From the NCBI RefSeq assembly GCF_039654945.1, contig NW_027361733.1, forward strand, positions 24,180,001 through 24,244,000: 64,000 nt of DNA, read 5' to 3'. The translations under genes and the position numbers were made by a program. Of the stretch, positions 13,301 through 25,200 are shown in pieces. The notes under the pieces are model-generated. The model had not been told where the DNA came from. It saw only the letters and a list, made by a program, of their open reading frames with translations, and ran no database searches. The first letter of the stretch is position 1. Each line of letters starts with the position of its first letter. The stretch comes from Dendrobates tinctorius (Eukaryota).

Positions 13301-16300
13301 TCCAGACTCATGGTCTGAGGTGTGAGACGCCGGACAAACCCATGAGCATCCAGGCCATTAACTCTGTCCCACTGAGCCAGGGGGGGTTAAACCAATTCGT
13401 AGAAGACATTGTGCTGTATAGTGAACATCCTGATGAGTCCCAGTCATAGTACTTCTTGGAGGGAAATCCAGCACCTATCGTTGTGGGCCCCCCTTGGTCT
13501 AAAAAACACAACCCGGTTTTAGATTGGCGGACTAAGGAAGTAGTCAGCTGGGAGCAGTCGTGTGAGGGCTGCTGCCTAGGGGCTACTGTCCCTGCCGTCT
13601 CTCTACATGCGTCCCCTTCCTCTCCAGTGGGAGCAGCGGAGGTGCTGCAGGAGAGTAGGGGCTAGGATCAACCCTTGCCATTAGCCAACCCTGAGAGGCA
13701 CAGACCTCGTAGTATGAGGGGTTGGAGGGTGGTGTTTCCCTTGGTGAATTGCGGGGGTGTGAGTGTGGTGACACAGGGGGACGCCTCTGTTGTCAGTTCC
13801 AGAAAGAGTTCACCCTATTTTGACAAACGAATGTGTGGCAATAAATGTTCAGGTCCGGACCTGTGTGTGAACGAGCATGTATGGGTGGCCACCAAAAACA
13901 TCCAGTGGAAGTGTGTTGCGGGGGTCTGGAATTCTCAGGTGATCGGGCCATATCTGGTGTCGGCTATCCAGGGCCTGGAGACTTACCAGCTGGAGTTACC
14001 CACATACTTGCCTATACACCATTTGTTCCCCAGATCGGCGCTTTGGAGATGGGTGGTGCCTCCGGAACATATGTTGCCAATACCAGCGGTGCTCGTTTAT
14101 CATGAACCTGACGTGCAGGTAATTGCTGGGGTGAACTCTGGACCTGGGCGTCCCCGCTGTAGGTGGTTCCCTGATGAGGAGCGGTCTTGAGGGTCCAGAG
14201 GCCCCTCATTAAGGGGAGGGTACTGTCACGATCCATGCTGGATCATGACAGATAAAAGCACATGTAACCTTTTTTTTCCTTAAGCTGTGTGCTTGAGTTT
14301 GGTTTTGCCCCGGTGGCCATTAGGATTATTACACAGTGGTGTCTTTTGTTCTAGTTTGCCCCCGGTGGTGGTGAGCGTTATTGCACATGATTATAAAGCA
14401 GGTGTGATTGCTGGCGCTTACCTATAAAAGAGTGTCAGGTGTTGCAATCACTGTTGGTGATAGTGTTCATTTCAACCATCATTGGTGGAGGAAGGATCTA
14501 GAGAGAGGTCCTGGCAGCTCAGTCAGAGCCCTGTTGTGGAAGGAGTCAGAGGGGATTTCCTTGCAGCTCTGACAGAGCTTGGTGGCAGCTATTCTGGAGG
14601 AAAGCTGCATTCTGGTGGTGGACTCTGTTGCTGGGAGCAAGAGCAACAGAGCAAAGCTAAGTGGTGTTTCCCTCTTTGTATTTTTCCCTGGTGTGTATTA
14701 GTACAGCGGTGGGGCCAGTGCCTGCATCACCCAGCTCCCTAGCAAGGGATAGGTGTAGGGTGTGCTAGGGTGACAGGTATCCTGATCGGCGCCCGGTGCG
14801 GAACCGGCCTAGGGAACGTTAGGAGGGTGAGAGACACTCACTCAGGGGAGTGCAAGAGGTCTCTACGTCCCCGTTCCCTATCGCAGGGCCCACCATTGTA
14901 ACTGTTTCCCCTTCCCCCGTGTCTTGTTGTTTTAGTTACTGGCCTGCAGGCCGTGTCACACAGGACACTTTCACGTGCCATGTCTTGTTTCAGTTACCGG
15001 CCTGCTGGTCGCGTCACACAGGACGGGTCCACGTGACAACTTTATTGGGTGTCTTCCTTGACATCCACAACAATATGACAGCTTCTGCACCTTGGCCCGG
15101 GTACCTATCACCTCCTCCTACTCCTGTTGGCGATGACCCTCTGGATTCTTTCACCATGGCTGCCGTTAGGCCCACAGCCACAGCGCTTCCCCCGGTCGAG
15201 TCCGCCCGCTGTGACACTTACTACCCTTTCGGTGTCCAGCCGTCCAGTACCCCAGGCTTCCTTTAGTCAGCGTCCTTTGGTCTGCAGCTGTCCTGTCAGG
15301 GCCACCCCCCGACTATCCATATCTCTCCTCTGTCTCTTCCTGAGCTCTTCCTTCCTCTGTCTTCTCCTGAGCTCTTCTCTCCTCTGTCTCCTCCTGGGTT
15401 CTGCCTAACCCCGGGACTCTCTTTCCTTCTATCCCCTTTCCTGGGAATTCCCCTCCTCAGTCCCATAACTCCACCCACCATGACTCTGCGTTTCCTAGCT
15501 TTAGCTGCTGTTAAGTTCTTTGCTCACTATCCTATGTCTCCATCTAGGGCCAAAACCCAGTACTACACCGTCTCTCACTAATTCTAGCTGTTTCCTTACA
15601 CATATATACAAATTCCCGTAAAACATTGTACACAACATATTTTATATTTTCCTTCTTCACCAGATAGGTCCACATGTCAGTCCACCCTCCTACACAAATG
15701 CACAGCCGCAATGATGGAACAAGGAGGTGAGAGCTTCCTGTTCCATCATTATATTCACTAGTATCATAAAAAGTGATACACTGGACGGAGGGTGGCCATG
15801 TAGTGCAGGATGTATCTGTATATAAACCACTGGCTGTCCTTGTCCTCGGGCCACACTGAAACTCCCAAAGGGCCGCATGTGACCCCGGGCCACACTTTGC
15901 CTGGGTCTGTATCACAGGGATTTTTGGTGGTTGATTACAGGGAGAAAAAGATTGTATGCAACTGCACAGCATTAGCTTTATTTTTTTTTATTGGACTGGC
16001 CTCATTATAGACAGTGGGGTCATTGGGTGCTGTTGGTCTTCATCATGGGACACATCAATTACAGCTATGAATTCTGTTTTTCTGCTCCTATAGTGAACAG
16101 TCATACAGGACTGTAGGTAGCCATAGGCCATGGGTCTTTAATTCTGTGACATGACCCCATGTGATACAATGAAGGTGCTAAGTCAGTGATGTAGTCTCTT
16201 CTCTACATTAGTCTGCCAGGTGTGAACAGAACCTAACAATAACAGCAGTTTGAGAATGAAGAGAAAACAGAATTCTGGATGCTACTGGAGAAGAGCAAGT

Positions 16301-17048
16301 AATGCAGCCGACCAGACGTGACGATTCACATTCTGTATGTCATTGCTTCCTCTGCAGATTAAAGATACAGGACGTGGATCTCTCCTCTTCAAATATTTCA
16401 TTCTCTCCCGACACCGGAGTCAAAGCCTCCATTAATGATGGACAGCTCCACGTGACCGGATACCTGTACATCAAAACGGTCCTCTTGTAAGTATTTAGAG
16501 GAAGGGAGAACTGTAATGTCTGTGGGGTGGGGAAAATATAGAAGTCAGTGGCTTCTTTTTTAGCTGGGTAGCGCGCTGAGGTACTGGGTTCAAATTCCAC
16601 CAAGGAAAACATCTGCAAAGAGTTTGTATGTTCTCCCCGTGTTTGAGTGGGTTTCCTCTGGGGTCTCTGGTTTCCTCCCACATTTCAAAGACATACTGAT
16701 AGAGAATTTAGATTGTGTGTCCAAATGGGGACAGCGATGAAAATGTCTGTAAAGCGCTGTGGAATTAATGGCGCTATAATAGTAAAATAAATAAATAAAA
16801 AATAATGTACCCGGCCGCCATGACAGCTTTCCCAAAGACAGAACTAAGAATGACAGAACAACTGGATATTCTTCTCCACAGCTCTGCATCCACCCAGCTG
16901 GAGCTCCGCGTCCAAGGTCTGACTGTCAGTGGAGTTCTGGGGATCACATGTGACGATAATGGACATGGAGCCGTATGGAACGCCGGGTGCTCCTCCGGTG
17001 CCAGAGATGTCAACCTGTGGTTTCATGGAGGGGCTGGGTCAGTAAAAG

Positions 17049-17092
<44 letters not shown>

Positions 17093-20000
17093 CTCCCATA
17101 CAGTATGTATCTCATTTCTATCTATCTCATATCTATCTATCTATGATACATGAACAGAGTGTTTTACCGTTTGTTGGCCTTTTGCTGATACCCAGGGCTT
17201 CAGGTTCTTTCCTGCCTCTTTCAGGATTGCCGATTGTGCTCCTGCAGTAATTTTAACAGGACAGCTACTCCTACAGGGTGAAACACTGGTCCTGACTTTT
17301 CTCCATTTGTAGACCATCAATCTAATCATAAATTGATGTACAGCCAGGTCTTCAGCATTGCTCTATAGCATTTTCCCCTATAAGGGTATATGCACATTCA
17401 TTTTTTTCAGTGGAACAAATTCCACTTACATTGCACAATCACCAAATGAGCAGCGATTATTTTTTTTTTTTGTTCACCTTTTCGATTTCATGCACAAAAA
17501 ATGTGTTTTTGCACACATCGATTGGTCGCTCGACAAATTTACCCTACAGATTTATTGTGATGGTCTGCTCGTATAAATGAGCTTTTACAATTGTCTGCCT
17601 AGAGGTATTGTTCATTCTAATCTTTCTTGAAAGAACAGATTTTAGCAGTAACCAGCATTTGTGTGTCTTTATTTAATGGTCAAAGAATCTGTAAAATCCA
17701 TTCCATGCTTGTACTTTCACCTTCTTAATTGAAATACAATTTGCCATTTAACTATAGATGAAATTATTAACAGACAGGTTCACTTACTTTTTCTCCGTGA
17801 ACTGTGGATGTGACTTAGATTGTGTTTGTTTTGAATTGTGACTTGGATACAAATCAGATCATTTTTTTTTGTAGTGATCAATGCATGAATATGGGTAGTT
17901 TCAATGGGGTTCACTTAGTTTCTTGAAACTCTACTTATCAATAGGTGGCTACTTAACATGTTTAAAAACTCAATATTGGGACCCATTCATGATGCTCTAC
18001 ACACACAGGTAAGAATATGGTTGCTCACACCAGGGTCAAGGTAAGTGAGGAATTCTTCATGACTGCTTTTTTCCCTTTAGATTTGTCCAGAATTTTCAAA
18101 AGCGGTTCAGTATATGGAGAATATTCTGAGCAAATTACCAGGTAATCAGTCTGCAACGATACCCACCTATACAGTCCACTGTCCCAACTTATATGCCCTG
18201 TCAGGAAAGGATGTCCTCTTGAGTCCTCCTATATTTCCATGTATTTATGCCCCTATATGGGTAGAACTAAAGGGAAGACCGACACAGATCTTACAGTATA
18301 TAATAAAGTAATACAATATAATGTCACCTTGTTTACATCTGCAGTTTCCTTACCAGTGGACCAGGTTTCCATATTTGAGGTCTCATTGCTAGGTCCTCCA
18401 CTCATCACAGAAAAGAGCTTCGATCTCCTGGTGAAAGTAAGTGATATGTTGGATGGGTCAGTGGCCAGCAAACATACGGCCACATCACTACTTTTCTTTC
18501 CCACTAGGGCGAATTTGAGGGTCGGTATCAGCACTGGGATCTACCGTTTCCTCCAGTGAAGCTTATCCTGCCAGATGTTGACTCCCGCATGCTGCTCCTG
18601 GCGTTGTCCGAGGTCACAGCAAACTCTGCCGGATTTGTGCACTATAAAGCGGGGGTACTAGGGATTAATGTCACTGATGACATGGTAAGCAGAGGTGCCT
18701 CGTACTATGAAACAGATGTCCAAATTCCTGAAAGACCAAACCCCTAAGCAAATACAGACCCCCCCCAGACCAGACCCCTGACCAAATCAAACTTTAGGCA
18801 GGCACACTTAATAAATATAGGCTCCAGATGAGACCTTCTAGGCAAATACAAACCCCAAACCAAGCTCCCTAACAAAATACTGAGCCCAGATCCAAGCTCT
18901 TAAGCAAATATAGACTGTCGACCGGACCACAAAATAAATACAGACCCCACACCAGATCCCAAAGCAAATACAGACCCCAGTTGAGAACTTCTAAGCAAAT
19001 ATAAACCTCAATCCAGGACCTCTAAATAAATTCAGCTCCCAGACAAAATCATATAAATAAATACCGATCTTAAACCAGAACCCAAAATAAATATAGCCCT
19101 CCTGCTAGACCACTTAAGTGAATACAGACCCTAAATCAGAGCTCCTAAACAAATACAGACCCTAGACAAGATCCATAACCCAAACTAGGCCACATAAACA
19201 AATACAGACCTCAGAGGAGACTTCCTAAGCAAATGAAGACCCCAAGCAAGATGTCCTAACCAAATATAGACCCCACCCGTTACCCTGAAGGAAATACAGA
19301 CCACAGTGGAGGACTACTAAGCAAATGCAAAGCCCAAACCAGACCACCTAAATAAATACACTCCCTCAACCTAAGGTCCTAACCATATACAGACCCTAGA
19401 CCAGACCCCTGAATAAATTCTCTCCTAAAAACAAATTTAGACACAGATGAAACCCCTAAAATTATTTAAAACCCAGAACAGACTGCGTAAACAAATTCAG
19501 ACCCAGACTAGATCCCATAAATGAATCAGACTCCAGGCCAGACCCCTTTAACAAATGTGGACTCCAACTCATGAAGAATATCAATCTAACAAGATGGGTG
19601 ATGAGTTCTGTAAAAACTTGGCTAACGAGAATGGATATTTACTGGGATTTTTTTTTTATTTCGGGAGGGAATTGTTTCTGACGTGAAGAGGATTATTGTT
19701 GCTCTGTTTTTAGATCCCGAAGCAATCTCCTCTGCGCCTGACCGTGAAGAGTCTCGCCATGTTTGTGCCGGAGGTAAGATTCTCTTGTGAATCTGCTCAG
19801 TATTGGATGTGGCAATTCCCTGACAAGCATTGATTGTGACTTACTAACCCAATGGCATTGTGTAAGTGGACATACACACATAGTGTTGTTTTTTATTTTA
19901 TTTCTGGGGGTTCTCTACAGCATAAACGCTGTGTTGACAGTACCAGCAAAGTGAATGAGATCCCAAAAATCTCTTAAGCTACAGTGTCTTCCCTTCCATT

Positions 20001-22235
20001 CACAGCTCCCCAAACGTTTCCCGGACTCCCCGCCACTTATCCTCCAGGTCTCTGCCCGATCAGCCCCGACCGTTAGCTGCCAGCCGGACTCTCTAACAGT
20101 GCAGGTGTCTGCAGAGATCCAGGCCTTTACCGTTTATCCGAACCAGACGCGGTTCCCGGTTTTCCTGATGCAGGCCGTAAGTTGCTGTTTGGAGAGATGA
20201 CCTGTGTCTTACTAATGATCCATGTAATGATCCCAGCATTCTCTGCACAGGACTCAGAGACTGCAGTAAATGTGATCTTATCTGAAGAGACAGTGGGAGC
20301 AACTATATCCATAAAGAAGTATGTCGCCAAAAATCAATATTAGTCAATAACCAAATTCTGACATTGCAAATTTCCTTTACCAACTTCCTCAAAGGGAAAG
20401 CCTATATTTAAACACCTTTAAAAAGGTAATTTTATTTTTAAATCCATTATATCCTGTATTATACTCCAGAGCTGCACTCACTATTCTGCTGGTGGAGTCA
20501 CTGTACATTACATTACTTATCCTGTACTGATCCTGAGTTACATCCTGTATTATACTCCAGAGCTGCACTCACTATTCTGCTGGGGGTATGATTGAGCACA
20601 AACCATCAGTACAAGAGTAATTTATGTACAAAGTGGTTATAGGTTGTAGACTGCTGCTCTACAGAAATAAAGTGAAGGTGAGTTATGTCATTCTCTGGCA
20701 GATGACTCCAGTTTTTCTTCATAGTTTTTCGCTGACACTGGTACATTCTGATGTTGGTCCTGTGAAGGTGAGTGCTGTTATCGATCTATCTATTGTTTAG
20801 TAATGAAGCTCCTGTGATTCCTTTCAATGGAAGGCCTGCCACCTATTGGTCATTTCTGGTCATTTACTTTGTATCCTACAATCAACATTTTTATTGCAAC
20901 ATTAGTGCTCAATCAGATGTCCGCCAAAATCAGTCAGAGCATGGACCGCTAATGCATGGATTGGCCACAGGTCTCCCTACGGCTATGTGCACACGTAGTT
21001 TTTTGCCTCTGCGGATTTTGTATTGAAAATCGCAGATAAATCCGCAGGACAAAAGTCCTGCGGTTTATCTGTGGTTTTGCCCTGCGGTTTTACACCTCAT
21101 AATGGATGAGGTGTAAAACAGCAGCGTTTCTGCACCAAACAATTGACATGCTGCGGATTGTAAACCGCAGCAAAACCGCGTGGAAAAAACCGCAGCATGT
21201 GCACTGCATTTTTTAATTTCCATAGGAAATAAAGGTACTGTACAACGCAGCAGAATCAGCACATACCCTACCCAAGGAAAAGTCATGAAATTACAGAAAT
21301 CACAGGATGATAGACATGTTACTGATCGGCAAAAGGTGAAAAAATGGAATCAACATTTTATAAACATCTCGATTTATTCAGTATGATGTATGAGCACCAC
21401 ATGCAGAAATCCTGGCACTTACAGCCCTGCTGTTATCAGTGAGGCTATTAATGGTTGCCTGAGGAATGTTCTGCATCGCGCAAAATACACTTGAGCAAAT
21501 CATTAAGATCCGCTGATGACAGCTCCATGTGCAGTTGCCGACTAATGATGTCTCCAATGTGCTCTATGGGAGACAAGTCCGGAGACGCTGTAGGCCATGG
21601 TAGCACGTTTAAGCCACACAGGCTGCTCACAGTAGCACGAGCAACATGGGGCCTGGTGTTGTCTTGATAAAAAAAATGGCTCCTGGGACACTTTGGTTAA
21701 ATTTTCGCTCCACTGGTTCCATCATTGATCCATTCTGTACTACAGTATCGATGTCTCCCATATGATGTATAGACAGCAGTCTCAGTGTATTCTATGTGAT
21801 GTGTAGATAGCAGTCTCAGTTTCTCCTATGTGATGTATAGACAGCAGGCTCGGAGTCTCCAATGTGATGTATATACAGCAGTCTCAGTTTCTCCCATGTG
21901 ATCAGGGGCGGACATACCTCATGTGCAGCCGGAGCGACTGCTCCAGGGCCCGGAGGTGGAGGGGGGCCCCTGCAGGGCGGCTAACACTGAGGGCAATCTG
22001 GCCTTTTTATCCAGCCCTGAGGGGCCCCTGGCCAGATTGCCCTCAAGTTCAGCAGGCAGGGAGCCATCCCTGCCGCTCCGCTGCCTACAGGAGAGAATGG
22101 CAGCAGAGCGATGCTGCAGGGACCTGTCCTGCTTCCTGCCTGCGCTTCCTGTCTGACACAGTCACTCAGCTGAATGATGTTAGCATTCGGCGCACTTCTG
22201 TGTCAGACAGAAAGCTGCCGGCAATGAAGATGGTG

Positions 22236-22267
<32 letters not shown>

Positions 22268-25200
22268 TGAGCGGAGAGGTGAGTGATGGTGTGTGTGTAT
22301 GCGTGAGTGTATATGTGTGTGTGCGTGCGCACGCGTGTGTGGTGGAGAAAGAAATGATAGAGGTGCTGGAAAGGGAAATCATGTGGGTGGTGGGGAGAAA
22401 GCAATGATAGAGGTGGCAGAGGGGACAATGATTGAGGTGGGGGAGAAGGCAATGATGGTGGTGGAGAGGGCAATTATGGAGGTGGTGGAGAGGGCAATGA
22501 TGGAGAGGGCAATGATGGAGGTGGCAATCATGGAGGTGGTGGAGAAGGCAATGATGGAGAGGGCAGTGATGGAATGTGGGGGGGGGGAGGACAATAAGGG
22601 GTGTGTGAGATTGGGATGGGAGGAAGGGGGACTTACAATGGACTTACGAACAGGGGGAGGAGGACGTTAGATATGGATGTAAAATGAATTGGTGGAGAAG
22701 GGTGCTAAGCCCCTGATAGTGTCCTCCTCCATCTCAAAATTCATTGTGATGCTATTGGGGTCTTAAAATTTATTGGGGATTTAGAGAGAAGGCGGTAAGC
22801 TGCATAGGACCCTTTATAATGAATTGAAAGGTGGGAGAAGAAGCTGTCAGGGACTTGTAATGGATTGGGAGGAGGCAGAGGATGCTCAGTTCCTGATAAT
22901 GTATTCTGCAACTTCCAAATTCATTATGATGCTATCAAATACTTATAATGAATGATGGGGACACAGGACAGAGACTAAGGCTATGTGCACACTAAGGATT
23001 TGCAAGAGAAAATTCTGCTGCATATCCTAATGTATTGGCAGGAAGAAAGTTGAATAAAATACATTTATTTTTTTTTTCCACATTTTTGCCATGCTTTTGT
23101 TACATATTTTCCTTCATTAGTATGGGTGAAATACGCTGCAAGAATTGACATTATGCAGATTTTAATCTGCTGCAACTCTGCAAGGAAAAAATAAGCAGCG
23201 TGTGCATGAGACTTCAGGGATCTCATTCACATTTCCTGTACTGTAAAACCTTGCATATATTCCGTGTGCACATAGCCGAACAGGTAATTTAGGAGAGTCA
23301 CAGACTGAATAATTTATATTATTGGGCGGCAGAGATTATAGTTAATGGGGGGCACATTGCTGCTTATCACTTTATATGTTTAATGGTGTGTGGCTAATAG
23401 TATATTAATGGCGGGGTACATATCTGTATTCAGGGGGAGACACATGTATGTATGCAATGTATGTGACCTTGTCATTTTCAGGGCTGCGACGATCATCGTG
23501 ACAAGACGAGTCGTGGCTGGGAGATGTTGACGTGAAGGTCTGACCAGATGGAGGAGAAACAGGAGAAAGCGGCTCTACTCAGACGAGACGTCAGCGGTTA
23601 ATTCCTGGATGTAGATATTATTCTGTATCTGCACTGTGTGACGTGGCGTGATAATGTTATCTGTAAAATACCTTATTCTACATTCTCACACTTGTGTGAA
23701 ATGTCCATGTGCTTCCAGGTTTTTTTATTGGATGGCACACGGACTCAGATTTTTATTGTTCCATTCACACATACATGAAAGATCACGGATCTGAGAATGA
23801 GATCCGTGAGGGTCAGAGAATGTTCTCTTCTAATCCGATTTTGAGTATCAGAATAGTACATGCTCAATGCATCTGTAAAAGGGGGCAGCACACCGACACT
23901 GCACGCAGATACAGGAATGTAGCCTTATTATGTATAGCACAGTCCCTTAGTATATAGTGTCTCACTTATTATGTATAGCACAGTCCCTTAGTATATAGTG
24001 TTCTCACTTATGTATAACACTGTCCTTATTTACATAGTTTCCTCTTTTATTATGTATAAACACAGTCCCTTATTACATATAATCCTTTCTCGCTATATAT
24101 GGTGCCGTCCCTTATTGCATAGCTTCCTCTGCTGTTATGTACAGTGCTGTCTCTTACATAGTGCATTCCTGTTATTTTTGTTATTCACAGCTCCCTCTTT
24201 TATTACATAGTCCCCGCTCTTGTTAGATATAAAATGACTGCTGATGGAGGAGCCGGTGACCAGATGACCAGTCCCTCAACTCCTCCATTAGAAAAGAAAC
24301 TTTCCCATGCTCCATCAGCCATCATTGCATTATACATTTAATAAGACAGGACAGTATGTGATAAAGACAGAGCTCTATATAATCCGATATGTAAGGGATG
24401 GTGCCGTACATAACAAGAGAGGGCACTGTGTAATAAGGGATGGCAATATACGTAATAAAGGAGACTGTGTAATATATACACGTGTGTGTGGCTATATATG
24501 TCTGTAGCTTTTGTCACCATAAAAGGAGGGGGGCTGTGATGCGAGTCAGTATAGTAAATATATATACTACTTACTGTAAGTAAAGGGAGGTCAAACAATA
24601 CGAGGTTAGGTCCAGGAAATGGCACAGTATGAAAAAGGGAAGTCAGAGATGAAATCGAATACACGAGCCGAGGTCAGGAAAGCCAGAGAGACAAAACAGT
24701 TTACAGAGAGCAGGCACGAGCAAAGTCAGGTCACAAGCAAAGGGTCTGAGACTGGGAAGAGAATCAAGTCAAGTTGGGTCAGGCACAGAGCGCAGAGGGA
24801 TCAATGTTACACAGGCAGCAGCAAGTGTACAATTGACACTGGGGGGAGGAACTAACATGCTTAAGTATAAGCCTGATTAAGGAAAATGAACACAGTTGAT
24901 TGCAGCATAGACTGACAACCCCAACACAAAGTAACAAAAAGACAGAAACAGAGTGGAGATCGTGACAGGGGCCCAGACACATTTCATGAACAGGGCCCCA
25001 AGCTGTCAGTGTCTGCCCTTGCAGGTGAAGTATAGACAGCAGGCCTGGTGTCTCCTGTGTGATGTATAGACAGCAGTCTCGGTATCCCCTATGAGATGTA
25101 TAGACAGCAGACCTCCCTCTGCCTGAGTTCTATAAATGTAATGTGAGCTGTGATGAATTTCCCCCTGTCAGGAGACCTGCAGTGTAATATACATCCATGT

